DNA of 64,000 nt from Mobula hypostoma. Taxonomy: Eukaryota. The notes below the pieces were generated by a model. That model saw nothing but the letters and a program-made list of their open reading frames with translations, had not been told where the DNA came from and made no database searches. The translations under genes were made by a program, and so were the position numbers. Shown here one piece after another: positions 23,870 through 37,241 of this stretch. Where the stretch lies: the NCBI RefSeq assembly GCF_963921235.1, contig NC_086097.1, positions 173,354,001 to 173,418,000 of the forward strand, read 5' to 3'. Each line of letters opens with the position of its first letter. The first letter of the stretch is position 1.

Positions 23870-24155
23870 TGCTTCAGAATTGCTGTGTTTTAGTTCTGAT
23901 AGTTGATCAAAAGTGGGATAAGATTCCATGGTGCTATTCAAAAAGTAAAGGATTTTCTCCAAATGTACTGACCTGCATTTAGTCCTTAACTAATACTAGG
24001 CAGATTATCTTGTCACTTATTTCATTGTCTGATGTGAGAGCCTACAGTGAAATAATTGGAATCACATACTCTAGACTATGGCTGTTCAAAAGTACTTACC
24101 TAATTAGTAAAGCATTTTCTGAAGTACAGAGATTGTGAAAGGCACAATACAAGGA
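23870..24155 (+). mobile_element. ancient DeuSINE-like (AmnSINE1/SacSINE1-type) fragment; similar relics at ~19275-19445, ~42150-42255 and ~52140-52350 (minus)
   Basis: Recalled similarity (ccatggtgctatt...cagattatct...aaagtactt...gtgaaaggc); not database-verified. Confidence 0.4.
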
Positions 24156-25641
24156 AAGAAAATAATTTACCAGAAATAATTTTTATGAGGAACATTTAAA
24201 ATTGCTCCCACATTGGTTAAAAATTAACTACAGTCCACCTGGTTTAATGGCCCTATTGATACTTATTCAAGCAATTAACTATGCTATTTTGATCATTCCA
24301 GTGCCAAAGCAATTCTGATATGCTCAACTGGTTTTTTATTTGTTCATGGCTGCCAATTATCTTTGGAAACCCCTTTAATGTTCAAGAATCTTTGCTGGGT
24401 ATTGGTTAATTCTTCATGTTTAAAAAAAATCTTTAGCTAACTTTCTATCTTACTTGACGTTGTAAATATGATGTCTGCTGAAAATGCAATAGTAATTCTG
24501 CCTGCCAAACCGTACAAGTGAATTCACCAAAGTTTCGGGGCTTGATTCAAATTTAGTTGGACTCCAAGAATTATATGAACCTACTCACTAGGATCCTAAC
24601 AATTTGCAGGTAAGAGGAAAATTACTGCTGTAGGATTTAATGGTTAAATGGAAAGGAATACCAACAGAAAATAAGATAGGACTTATGAAAGGGAAATCAT
24701 AAAGGACAAACATGTTTGGATGATTTTGAGATTGCAATGAGCAGAACAGATAAACAAATAGATTAAAGAGAAACTGTGGATGTCATTTGCAATCCACATC
24801 AAACATTTGGACAAGAGGATCAAAGTATATGCTACAGAACTTTGCTAATCATCAATGTGGCATTATGGACTGTGAAAAAAAGATTCAGGGAGGTTTCAGA
24901 GTGGATAGGAAATGACACGGCAATTTGAAAATAATAACTAAATACTTAACATTATCCACCATGGCTGAAAAAAAGGATAATCAGGTCAAGCTTATCATTG
25001 TACAGAGATTTTTCCACCACCTTCCAGAAATAGCTGTATATAATTGAGTGAGTGGTAAAATAAGGGAGTATCTGAAACATTTCCTGTCCTCAAATTGCCC
25101 AAAATTGAGTAGCTACTCATTGCAGGATCTAAGTTTCACTGTGCAGATTTACAGGCTGATTTCATGAGTTCAACATTCATCTATGACAGAAAAAAGTGAT
25201 CTTGAAATGGGAGAAAATTGCAAGCCATCAACAATGCCACAATCATAAAGTTAGTGATCACAAAATTACATCATTTTAGTGAGGTATTTCTTCCTGGCCT
25301 CATACCATGCCAAGTATAGGAAAAATATTCAGATAAAAGAGTGGCTCCAAGTTTATATGGAAAATCACGTAGATTCCCTTTCAGACCTATCTGATTTTCT
25401 TGATGTTGCATGCCCCAGCAACCCAATACGCCCAGGTGTAATACCCTAATAAATCTGCCATCATGTCTACAAATTGAATTCATTTTTTTTGCATTTTTGT
25501 TTCTTCTTAGTTCATCCAGACCATTGTTGAAAGTGGAAAAAAAAACAAATAAAAGTGACACACTAATGCCAGTAACTCCCAATGTGTAATCCAAAACTAG
25601 TCTGTTTCACATTCACTCAGAATTTAGCAAGTAAAGAACCA

Positions 25642-25808
25642 AAAAATGAAATCAAATCATTAGAAAGAGGTGACATAAGGTTGGAAGGAGTTGAATCATT
25701 ATGGATTGACCTGAACTGCAAGGGTAAAAAGACCCTGATGGGAGTTATATACAAACCCCCAAACAGTAGTAAAGATGTGGCCTGCACCTCATGGTTGAGC
25801 CCACTAGG
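25642..25808 (+). repeat. 167-bp exact copy of 27148-27314 (CR1 endonuclease fragment)
   Basis: Base-by-base identical by eye, offset 1506 bp. Confidence 0.9.
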
Positions 25809-26577
25809 CTGCACTGGGAAAGCTGGTCTCATTGCAATTACAAAGATACTTCCTACTCAATCAAGCTACAAACAGTGATGGTAACTAAATCATATTTCAA
25901 ATGAATTCTCTGCCATAAATATTGGAATTATTACTGAAGGAAAAAATTCTTGTCCTCTCCACATACTTTTACTTATACAACCTTTTTATTAAGTTCTTAT
26001 GTAATATTGTGTCTCTGCCCTTCAGCAAGAGAATATACAGTTCTGTGAAATATTCCTTATTATAACTCCGGTCAAGATGGTCCCAGCAAACAATGATACC
26101 TCAGGTGACATCTTCCATATAGTCGATTATTTCAATTTTTCTACAAATTTTACTTATTCTTTTTATCTTGACTTTCCGTTTGGAACTATTAAAGCCTGTG
26201 ATTTACAGTCTGTAGTTCAATTAAGTGAGCTAGTGCTCTGCTGTCCCCGAGAAAACTCCAGTGAGAAATTCAAGTATGAGCTTCCACAAGGAGAAGCTCA
26301 GAGATGAGACAAGGGGCTATGATCAACAACATTTCTTGCTGATTAAAGTGTTGAAGAACATTGAAACACTGAGGTAAGTGTGGAGGAGAGCGAGTGGTTC
26401 TCGGAGAGGCCGCTGATTCGAGTCCCTGCCCTCAGAGGGCCCGCTGGATCCCAATTCTCTCAGAGAAGTCATCGAAATTCTGAGATATACGGATTGGACT
26501 GTAGTTCATATTGGCCTCCTTCATTTCTATGTTTTATTTTCATGTTCTCACCTATTCTTTCTTTCTTGTTGTCCACG

Positions 26578-29492
26578 AGGGACTAATTTCCTAGTGGGAA
26601 GATCTATTAATGCTGCAGGAAAGGGCTTAAACAAGTTGCAGGGGGATGGTAACCAAAGTGCAGAACAGTTAGTAGAAAGGTTGTGGAGGCTGATGTTGGT
26701 AAGACCTCAGACAAAGTTAGGAATCAAAACATTAAGCATGGTGCAACTGGTGCGCTGAGCTGCATTTCAATGCAGTAAGTATCATTGGAAAGGCAGATAA
26801 CAGTGCTGAACATGAGGTAGATGGTTTACAAACAGAGGCAATGTGTAGTGAGGAGAGGCTGTTGATACGGCAAATTTGCAGTCAACAAGATGAGTTGCAA
26901 TGTAAAAGGCAGAAAAAAAAATCAAATTTGGTGAATAGAGGACTGAAGATGTTATATTTAATGCCGCAGTATATGGAATAAGCTAGATGAACTTGCAGCA
27001 CGGTTGCAGATGGACAGGTATGATGTTTTTGGCATCGCTGAATTACGGCTGAAAAAAGATTGTAACTGGGAACTTAATGTCCAAGGGTACGCATTGTATC
27101 AAAAGGACAGGCAGGAAGGCAGAGAGGATGGCATTGCTCTGTTGGTGAAAAATGAAATCAAATCATTAGAAAGAGGTGACATAAGGTTGGAAGGAGTTGA
27201 ATCATTATGGATTGACCTGAACTGCAAGGGTAAAAAGACCCTGATGGGAGTTATATACAAACCCCCAAACAGTAGTAAAGATGTGGCCTGCACCTCATGG
27301 TTGAGCCCACTAGGGTATCAGCTTTTCTGGATTAGGTGTTAGTGCAATGAACTGGAATTGATTAGCGACCTTAAGGTAAAAGAAGCCTTAGGGGCAAGTG
27401 TAGTATGATCAAATTCACCCTGAAATTTGAGAAGGAAAAGCTAAAGTCAGTTGTGTCTTTATTACAGTGGAGTAAAGGGAATTACAAAGGCATGAGAAAG
27501 GAGTTAGCTGGAATTGATTTGAAACGAACACTGGCAAGGATGATGGCAGAACAGCAAAAGCTAGAATTTCTGGAAGCCATTCAGCACAGGATATATACAT
27601 CCTAAAGTGGACGAAGTATTCTAAAACAAAGATGATACAACCATGGCCAACAAGAGAACTCAAAGCCAACATAAAAACCAAAGATTGGGCATAAAATAGA
27701 GCAAAAATTAGTGGGAGGTTAGAGAATTGGCAAAATTTTAAAAACTAATACAGGGCAACTAAAAATGTCATTAAGAAGGTAAAGATGGAATACGAAAGTG
27801 AGCTAGCCAGTAATGTTAAAAAGGATACCAAAAGTTTCTTCAGATACATATAGTGTAAAAGAGAGGCAAGAGTGGATATTGGACCATTGGAAAATGATGC
27901 CGGAGAAGTAGTAATGGGGGACAATGAAATGGTGGATGAATAAGTATTTTGCATCTGTGGAAAACACTAACAGTATGGATGGAAGTTCCAGGTATCAGTG
28001 GGCTTGAAATGTGTGAAGTTATCATTCCTAGAGAGAAAGTTCTTGAGTAACTGAAAGAATTGAAGGTAGATAAGTCACCTGAACAAGGTGGTGTACACTC
28101 CGGAGTTCTGAAAGAGATGGCTGAAGAGATTGTGGATGCATTCATAATGATCTTTCAAAAGTCACTAGGTTCTGGAAGACTGTAACATTGCAAATGTCAT
28201 TCCTCTCTTGAAGAAGGGAGAAAGGCAGAAGAAAGGAAAATATATACCAGTTAGTCAGACCACTGTGGTTGGGAAGATGTTGGAGTCAATTGTTAAGAAT
28301 GTGGTTTCAGGGTACTAGGAGGTACATGATGTTGGGTACTTGGATTTTGAGAAGGCTTTTGACAAGTTGCCACACATGAGGCTCCTTAACAAGCTACAAG
28401 CCCATAGTATTACGGGAAAGATCCTAGCATGGATAAAGCAGTGGCTGATTGTTAAGAGGCAAAGATTGGGAATAAAAGGAGCCTTTACTGGCTGGTTGCC
28501 AATGACTAGTGGTATTCCACAGGAGTCTGTGTTGGGACCGATTCTTTTGGTCAATGATTTGGATGATGGAATTTTTGCAGATGATATAATGATAGGTGAA
28601 GGGGCAGGTAGTTTTGAGGATGTAGAGAGGCTACAAAAGGACTTAAGACAGATTAGGAAAATGGCCAAAGAAATGGCAGATGGAAAACAGTGTCAGGAAG
28701 TGTATCGTCACGGTAGAAGAAAATTAAAGTGTTGACTATTTTCTAAATGGAGAGAAAATACAAAAATCTGAGGCATAAATCTGAGATATGAGAGTCCTTG
28801 TGCAGGAATCCCTAAAGATTTATTTGCAGGTTAAGTCTGTGATTAGGAAGGCAAATGGAATGTTAGCGTTCATTTCAAGAGGACTAGAATATAAAAGCAA
28901 GGATCTAATGTTGAGACTTTATCAAGCAGTGGTGAGGCCTCACTCAGAGTATGGTGAACAGTTTTGGGCCCCTGATCTTAGAAAGCATTGCTGAAACTGG
29001 AGAGCACTCAAAGGAGATTCACAAAAATAATTCCAGGATTGAACGGTTTGTCATATGAAGAGTGTTTGATGGCTCGGGCCTGCATTCAGAAGAAAGACAG
29101 GTGACCTCATTAAAACCTGTCGAATGGTGAAAGACTTGACAGAGTGGATGTGGAGAGGCTGTTTCCTATGGTGGGAAAGTCTAGGGTCAGAGGACACAGC
29201 CTCAGAATGGAGGGATGTTCTTTTAGAACGGAAATGACAAGGCATTTCTTTAGCCAGAGAGTAGTGAATCTGTGGAATTCTTTGCCGCCGGCAGCCATGG
29301 AGGCTAAGTCTTTATATACATTTAAGGCAGAGGCTGATAAATTCTTGATTGGTCAGGGCATGAAGGGATATGAAGAGAAGGCAGGAGACTGGGGCTGAGG
29401 GGAAAATTAGATCAGCCACGATGAAATGGTGGAGCATACTGGATGGGCCAAATGGACTAATTCTACTCCTATATCTTATGGTCTTATGGTCT
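26578..29492 (+). mobile_element. decayed CR1 LINE (ORF1 end, APE endonuclease, RT, 3' tail) with internal deletions
   Basis: GVIYKPPNS, DFEKAFDK, GIPQESVLGP, FADD; (TCTTATGG)n tail. Confidence 0.85.
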
Positions 29493-29791
29493 ACACTCTC
29501 GTTTCTTGACGTCTCTTGATACCTTTGATACTGAATTAATCACTACCTGCCAATGTTTTGCGTATTCTCCCAAAACTACACATTCATCCCAAACTTTAAA
29601 CCTCTTGTTGCCATTACATTTACTTTTTTAAAACTGGATTTTAATTCTTCCATAAGACTGCTACTGTGCATACTCAATTTTTTATTGATCTCAGTCTTAA
29701 CTGCAACCAAAAACCAACCCATTTTGTTGTTAGTGTCAATCATATATAACAGTGCAGCATCAATTCCCTTTATTTACTACATAATGGTATA

Positions 29792-30331
29792 CACTCAGTG
29801 GCAACTTTATTTGGTACATTTGTACACCTGCTCACTTATCAGCCAATCACGGGGCAGCAGTTCAATGCAGGAAAACATGCAGACATGGTTAAGAGATTCA
29901 TTTGTTTTTCAGAAGAAATATCAGAATGGAGAGGAAATGTGATCTCAGTGACTGTCTGTGGAATGATTGTTGGTGCCTCAGTATCTCAGAAATTTCTGAT
30001 CTGGGATTTTCATGTAAAACAGTCTCTAGAGTTTACAGAGAATAGTGCAAAAAACAAAACAGATCCAGTGAGCTGCAGTCATATGGGTGAAAGTGCCTTG
30101 CTAATGAGAGAGGTCGGAGAAGAATAGGCAGACTAGTGCAAGTTGACAGGAAGGTGACAATAGCTCAAATAGCCATGCGTTACAACAATGGCACACTGAG
30201 AAGAGCATCTCTGAATGCACAACACATCAAAACTTGAAGTGCATGGGCTATAGCAGCAGAAGACCACAAACATACACTCAGTGGCCACTTTATTGGGTAC
30301 AGGAGATACCCATTAAAGTGGACATTGAGTG
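29792..30331 (+). mobile_element. Tc1/mariner deletion derivative
   Basis: TA-flanked TIRs CACTCAGTGGC(A/C)ACTTTATT.GGTAC; relic of the N-terminal transposase (CGMIVGA, KCMGYSSRRP). Confidence 0.8.
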
Positions 30332-30786
30332 TATCTTATTATCTCTTCCAGATTTCCTTCTACTCACAAGCAATCATTCTGGAAAGAGTTGAATTGTACC
30401 CATACTTCAGATATTAAAAATATCTCAGAGTCAGGAACGCAAAGAAAGATCTTTATTCCAATCAATGACAAATGTGTGAAGTACAGAGAAATCTTGCTTT
30501 TGTTCTGCATCAGTCACAAAAAGAATCACAATGAACCACAAGTATTGTTACAATTTTGTAGTGTCCTGGTGAGGCCCTATCCAGAGAACTGAATATAGTT
30601 TTGGTCCCCTTATTTAAGAATGGATATAATAGAATCTGAGACTCAAATGAGATTCATTGGACTAATTTATGGCAGGAGAGGGTATAACAAGAAGTTAGAT
30701 CTGTATTCTTTGGAGTTGAGACAAATGATGAGAGACCTCATTAAATGACTTGAGTATAAGGGGACATGGCACAGTATATCCTGAGA

Positions 30787-31648
30787 TAACCATATAACAA
30801 TTACAGCATGGAAACAGGCCATCTCGGTCCTTCTAGTCCATGCCAAACGCTTACTCTCACCTAGTCCCACCGACCTGCACTCAGCCCATAACCCTCCATT
30901 CCTTTCCTGTCCATATACCTATCCAATTTTTTTTTAAATGACAAAATCAAACCTGCCTCTACCACTGCTACTGGAAGCTCGTTCCACACAGCCACCACTC
31001 TCTGAGTAAAGAAGCTTCCCCTCGTGTTACCCCTAAACTTCTGCCTCCTAACTCTCGACATGTCCCCTTGTTTCAATCTCCCCTACTCTCAATGGAAAAA
31101 GCCTATCCACGTCAGCTCTATCTATCCCCCTAATAATTTTAAATACCTCTATCAAGTCTCCCCTCAACCTTCTGCGCTCCAAAGAATAAAGACCTAACTT
31201 GTTCAACCTTTCTCTGTAACTCAGGTGCTGAAATCCAGGTAACATTCTAGTAAATCTTCTCTGTACTCCCTCTATTTTGTTGACATCTTTCCTATAATTC
31301 AGTGACCAGAACTGTACAAAATACTCCAAATTTGGCCTTACCAATGCCTTGTACAATTTTAACATTACATCCCAACTCCTATACTCAATGCTGTGATTTA
31401 TAAAGGCCAGCATACCAAAAGCTTTCTTCACCACCCTATCCAGATGAGATTCCACCTTCAGGGAACTATGCACCATTATTCCTAGATCCCTCTGTTCTAC
31501 TGCATTCTTCAATGCCCTACCATTTACCATGTATATCCTATTTTGATAAGTCATACCAAAATGTAGCACCTCACACTTATCAGCATTAAACTCCATCTGC
31601 CATCTTTTAGCCCACTCTTCTAACTGGCCTAAATCTCTCTGCAAGCTT
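30787..31648 (-). mobile_element. young 5'-truncated CR1 3' end nested in an older plus-strand CR1 (~30520-31945)
   Basis: ORF 31048-31692 WQMEFNADKCEVLHFG, LVRPNLEY, RRRLRGDLIEVFKI; GTTATATGGTTAT tail. Confidence 0.85.
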
Positions 31649-32574
31649 TTGTGAGTGGGAGACTCTCGAATGTGGGTGGGAAAAGCATGCAAAGATAGGA
31701 ACAGCAGTCGGTCAGCTGGTCCTCAAGTCTGTTCCACCACTCAGAAATGTGAATCTCTGGAATTTTCTACCCCAGGTTATTGTGATACTCTGAATCACCA
31801 GAGGTATTTAAATCAGAAGTAGATACATTTTAAAAATCCTGGGCAACCAAGGCATATAGAAAACTAGGTCAGAAGAGTAGCAGAAGCCTTGATTATTGTG
31901 AATAGCAGGCAGGCTTAAGAAGCCAGGTGGCCTACTCCTGCTCACACTATGTTTGTTGAGGAAAATTTCCAGCCTAATCCCACCATCTAGCAGTTAACCC
32001 AGAGTGCTGCAGGTCACAACTCTTCAAGTACATACCAAAGTATTTTTTAAGTGTGATGAGGGATCCTGTCTTTCAGGCTGTAATTTCCAGACTCTCTACC
32101 ATTCTCTGGGTGGGGAAACTTTCTCACCTCCACTCTAATCCTTCCAAAAAAAATCTATAAATTTTTGACCCCTAGCTTTTGACCTTTCTGCCAAAGAAAA
32201 AAGATAATTTACAAACAATGCTACGTCACAGTTATCATGACATGTCTAAAATTAAATAATACTGAATCTATGAAAGGATGGTGTAAGGCTTGTAGTATAT
32301 TCTGACTGAAAACATTATATTTTCAGCTATCAGCAGATGAATGTAGCCTTCAATAAGCAGAAATACATTAGTTCCATGGCTTTCCCTACTATACGAAAGA
32401 GCTGAGTATAATGTATTCAAAATTACCGCTGATTGACCCAACACAAAACTGCCCACTTGACTAGCACTTCATCCTTCATTGCAAGACTAACATCATGATA
32501 ACAACTGCAGTGGTTCAAGGAAGCAGCTCAGCACTACTTTCCCAAAGGAAACTCAAGAAGGGCAATAATTCTTC

Positions 32575-32905
32575 GTGTGGATAGTCAGAGGCTTTTTCCC
32601 AGGGCTGAAATGGTTGCCACAAGAGAACACAGGTTTAAGGTGCTGGGGAGTAGGTACAGTGGAAATGTGAGGGGTAAGTTTTTTACTCAGAGAGTGGTGA
32701 GTGCGTGGAATGGGTTGCCAGCAACGGTGGTGGAGGTGGATACGATAGGGTCTTTTAAAAGACATTTAGATAGCTACACGGAGCTTAGTAAAATAGAGGG
32801 CCATAGGTAAGCCTAGTAATTTCTAAGGTAAGGACATGTTCAGCACAACTTTGTGGGCTGAAGGGCCGGTACTGTGCTGTAGGTTTTCTATGTTTCCATG
32901 TTTCT
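32575..32905 (+). mobile_element. CR1 3' end
   Basis: FFTQRVVSAWNGLP; (TTTCTATG)n tail. Confidence 0.8.
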
Positions 32906-33179
32906 AATAGTTGAAGCTTTGCCAAAAATATACAGAAATGATTCTCTCTGCCAGACAAGACAAGAATAAATCAAACACCATCCTTGGCCAGCTGTACAAT
33001 AATGCAAGGAACATCCACAATATCTTGGCCAAAGCAGTCCATCTGATCAGCAACCCATGCAACAATTTAAGTGTGTACTTCTCCCAGCACAAGTACAGCA
33101 TAGTTTAGAGCAAGTACAATCCAGAGAATGCATTACAACTTGTCTTCACGGTTTTTCCTTACTTAATGCTTTGCAAAAC

Positions 33180-33598
33180 TTATTTACTGCACATTATGCT
33201 GCTGGCTCTTAGGGCAGTAATAAAGGTTTTCCATCTCTGGCCGTGTTCAGGGCTTCCTTCATTGTGTGTGTAGCTTCCTCTCAGTTTTCACTACTGTTGT
33301 CATGCAAGTCCTGGGTGGAGACTCCGCAATACCGTCGCACTCAGATGTAGAAGGATTCTTCATTGCTGTTTCCTTACAATTTGTTTTACCAGTCAGGGTT
33401 GTTAGCCCTGAGCTGAACCCCCTAACATGGAGCCCCAGTGGACCACTCTTTGTCTGACCTCCATTCTTTGACCTTTTTGGCATAGGTGACCCTACCAAGA
33501 GCCAAAGCATAAAGCCCTGACTCCAGTCAACATACCTCTCCAGATAACTGAGGCATGCAATCCTCTAAACCACGACAAGGTTGTGGACCTCTTGGAGG
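33180..33598 (-). mobile_element. bipartite non-autonomous RTE-clade element (5' UTR fused to 3' end)
   Basis: Minus strand ACAACCTTGTCGTGG...GGTAGGGTCACC...CAGGGCTAACAACCCTG 5' motifs and RWKTFITAL-like 3' end; TSD GCTTTGCAAAAC (33168-33179) / GCTTTACAAAAC (33599-33610). Confidence 0.7.
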
Positions 33599-33684
33599 GC
33601 TTTACAAAACATATGTATATTTTTCATGGTACAAGAACAAGAGCTGAGCCAAACATCCTTTTGACTTACATGAATATCTCTGTG

Positions 33685-34470
33685 CAACACAGACAAAATG
33701 TGAGAGGAAATCAGCAAGTCAGGCAGTATTTACAGAGGGAAATAAACCATCAATGTTTTGGGCTGGGGCCCTTTGTCAAGACTGAGAAGCAAGGGGCAGA
33801 AGCCAAAATAAAATGGTGGGGTAAGGGGGAGAAACACAAGCTGCTAGGAAATAGGTGAGTCCAGGTGAAGTCTGTCCACGGCCTCCTTTACTGCAACTAT
33901 GAGGTCTGACCAAGGTTGGAGGAGAAACACTTCATATTCTATCTGACATGAACATCATTTCTCTAACTTCTAGTAACCACTCCCCTTTTTCCCCCACACC
34001 TCTCCATCCCCACCACCACCTTTTGTTTTCCCTCTTCCTGATAGTCCTTTCACTTCTTTTCTTCCCCTCCCTTGCTGTCATGACCTGTCCATTACCTACC
34101 TCTGATTCCCCACACCAATACCCTTTATGTCTTGGTCTACTGTCCTCGGCTGTCAGATTCTTTCTTCTTCAGCTCTCTGCCTCTTCCACCTATCATCTCC
34201 TAACTTCTCACCTCATTCCCTTTGATTCTCCCTCTCCCACCTATCTACTTTTGCCCTCTCACCTGGACGCATCTACTTCCTACCATCTTGTGCTCTTCTC
34301 CTTCCCACTACTTTTTTTTTATTCTGGCTTCTGCCCCCTTTCTTTCCAGTTCTGATAAAGGGTGTCAGCCCAAAACAATGACTGTTAATTTCTCTCCATG
34401 GACCCTGCCTGACCTGCTGAGCTCCTCCAGCAATTTGTATGTGTTGCTCAAAATTTCCAGGATCTGCACA
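33685..34470 (+). mobile_element. decayed PLE with inverted 5' pLTR (~33685-33868) and 3' pLTR (hammerhead relic 34348-34383)
   Basis: Same architecture as 16779-17638 but more diverged. Confidence 0.7.
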
Positions 34471-34694
34471 ATCTCCTATATCTATCTACTGTATATCTTT
34501 GCTCCTTCTTTACTCATAGACAATGAAGCACTTCACATAAGGCACTAGGTAGCACCTTTCCCAAACAATCTGTAGTAGTTCGAGATAGTAGTCCACTTCC
34601 ATTTTCCTAGATGTCCCAGGCAGTGGAAAAGTGCTGACTTTGTCAGTGACATCCACATCCCAAGGACGATAGTTGAAAACTGGAATAAGAGAAG

Positions 34695-35095
34695 ATGCTA
34701 GAGACTGTAGATGCTGGAATCTGGAGGCAAAAGGAAATTGCTAGAGAAACTCAGATGGTCAGGCAGCATCTGTTTGGTTGGGGGAGGGTGTGGTAACGCA
34801 TTTGACATTTCAAGTCGAGATCCTTCAACTGGACTTGTCTTCAGCCAAAATGCAGACTGCTCTTTTCCCTGACAGATGTTGCCTGACTTACTGAGATCCT
34901 CCAACAGTTTATTGACTGCAAATTTCAGCAGGTCTCTCCATTTTAGTACTCAACTGCCAAAGCTGTCAAAGTATGCCCACTTTCAAGATATCCTCCAGTC
35001 CAGATGAAGACACTCAACTCGAAATACAACTGCCCATTTCCTTCAGCGGATGCTGCTTGACCCACTGAGTTCTTCTTGCAATTTGTTTTACTTTA
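34695..35095. mobile_element. decayed fold-back PLE fragments
   Basis: gatgctggaatctgg...caggcagcatc followed by cagatgttgcctgacttactgag, then another plus fragment at ~34995-35090. Confidence 0.55.
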
Positions 35096-35339
35096 CTTAT
35101 TGATGAGTGCACCACATCAGTTTTTCCTCGAGAAAAAAATACATGGAAAATAGCCAATAATTGGCTTAATTTCTTAGTTTAATCTTTTCTTTGGCTGATA
35201 TACAAGGGATTAGTGTAACTCAACATCAGTAATGCAATTAGTTTGACAGACCACCACCAGCCGATGGCTGCATTGTTCTAGGTTCTAAATATTAAGTTTA
35301 TATATATAAAACTTAATGGCAGCACCCTTAACAGCACTA

Positions 35340-35998
35340 ATGTACAGAACAATTTTGGAGTCCAGGTCCATAGTTCCTGAAAGTGGCCACACAAATAGAT
35401 AGTGGTAAGGAAGGAATATGGCATACTTGTCTTGATTGGACAAGGCATTGAGTATAAGAGTAAGGAAGTCATATAGCAGTTTATAAAACCTTGGTTTGCT
35501 CACACTTGGGAGTATTGTGTACTATTCTGATTGCCCCATTACAGGAAGGATGTAAAGGCTTTGGAAAGGGTTCAGAGGAGGTTTATCAGGATGCTGCCTG
35601 AATTAAGGGATATGAAATATAAGGAGAGCTTGGATAAAAACATTGTTTTGTTTGGAGCTTCGGAGGCTGAGGGGAGACCCGATATAAATTTATAAAATTA
35701 TAAGAAGCATAGATAATGCTGACAGAGTCATTCACCAGATTAGAAATATTAAACACGAGAAAACATGCATTAAGGTGAGAAGGGGAAACACAAGGCATGT
35801 TTTTTTTCTTACCCAGAGAGGAATGCGTCCTTGGAACAGACTTGGAATTAAATACATAATGGTATTTAAGAGCTTTCATTTAGACACATTAATATACAAG
35901 GGAATGGAAGGCAGAAGAGATTTAGTTTAGTTTGGCACCATGCTCAGCATAAACATGGCAGGCTGAAGGGTCAGTTCCTGTGCTTTACTGTTCTATGT
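35340..35998 (+). mobile_element. decayed CR1 3' region
   Basis: gagtattgtgt...tggaaagggttcagaggaggttt and the CR1 tail. Confidence 0.7.
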
Positions 35999-37241
35999 CC
36001 CATGGCCCATTAAATCTACAATATCAGCACTTAGAACAGAACCTCTGCTTTGAGAAACCAGGCATCAATATCAAGCAAGCTCCAAATTGATACTGTTCAG
36101 CAACAGGCAAAATATAATTCTAACGACATGCGTGAAATCAAGATGCAGAAAGGCATTCTTAGTGCACTGGCATGAGCTTTTCCATTTCCTATCAGCTGTC
36201 TTTCTGGCCTCTCAGGTTGATTGCCAATCTGCAGTTAATTTTCGGCAATTTTCTGTTGTAGGTCAGGTAATGGGGAAATGAGCTGTGGCTGCCCAAACTC
36301 ATTTCACTAGGGCCCTTCCAGCTGGCAAAGAGAGGTCCTGCATACTGTTAATATGTGTTTAATTTCAGTCTCAGTCAGTGATGAAAGGACAGCATCTCTT
36401 TACTGCAAACCTCTTATTCCTGGACATCAAAACCAAAGCTGCATTTCACAGACTGGTTTGAGTCTGCTTCAAATGATTAGCAGCTGATGGCCATCAGCTA
36501 ATAGCACTCAAAAATAGGATCAGTAACTAAACTACTGGTCTTTTTGACATATATTAATGATCTGGGACTTGGATATATGGGACTTAATTTCAAGGTCTAC
36601 AACCAGAGGAAATTTAGTTATGGTAAATAATGAGATGAATATTAACAGATTTCAAGAGTACTTAGAAAGGCTGATGGAAAGGCCAGATGCAGTCTGAAGC
36701 AGAGAATTGTGAAGCGATGTGTTTTACAGTGAAGAGTTAGGGGAGAGAAGTAGAAGGTACAATTATAAAATTACAGCAGCAGCGGATCTTGTGAAATAAG
36801 TGCAAACAGAAGACAAAAGTTCAAACAGAAGAACCAAATTTTAAAAAGGCTTTTTATTAAATCTTGGAATAGAAAAGCAAGGAAGTTATGATAAACCTTG
36901 ATGTTCCATATCAGATGGACTATTGCTCAATTTCAGGCACCACATTTCAGGATTGATGTCAAACCAATCCACTGAGTGTGTTGTAAGAACATCACGACCT
37001 TCGGGCTTCCCTCTGAGTCAAAAGGCAAAAAGGAATATCTGAGAGGTAAGCTTTTGAAGTTGGTAGTTACCTGGAATGAAACTGTCAGGAGATATAGTAG
37101 AGGCAAATAAAATTGCAACATTTAACAGCCATTTGGACAGGAGCTTAGATAGGACAACCATTTGAAGATACAAAGCCAAATGCAGACAAAAAAGATCACT
37201 AACACACTTACTTCCTCAGGAAGCTAAAGAAACTTGGCATA

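Noticed and set aside
26070..26577. GC-richer block starting CAAGATGG, possibly a LINE 5' UTR or non-autonomous repeat
   Set aside because: No second copy or diagnostic motif in the window; cannot be classified
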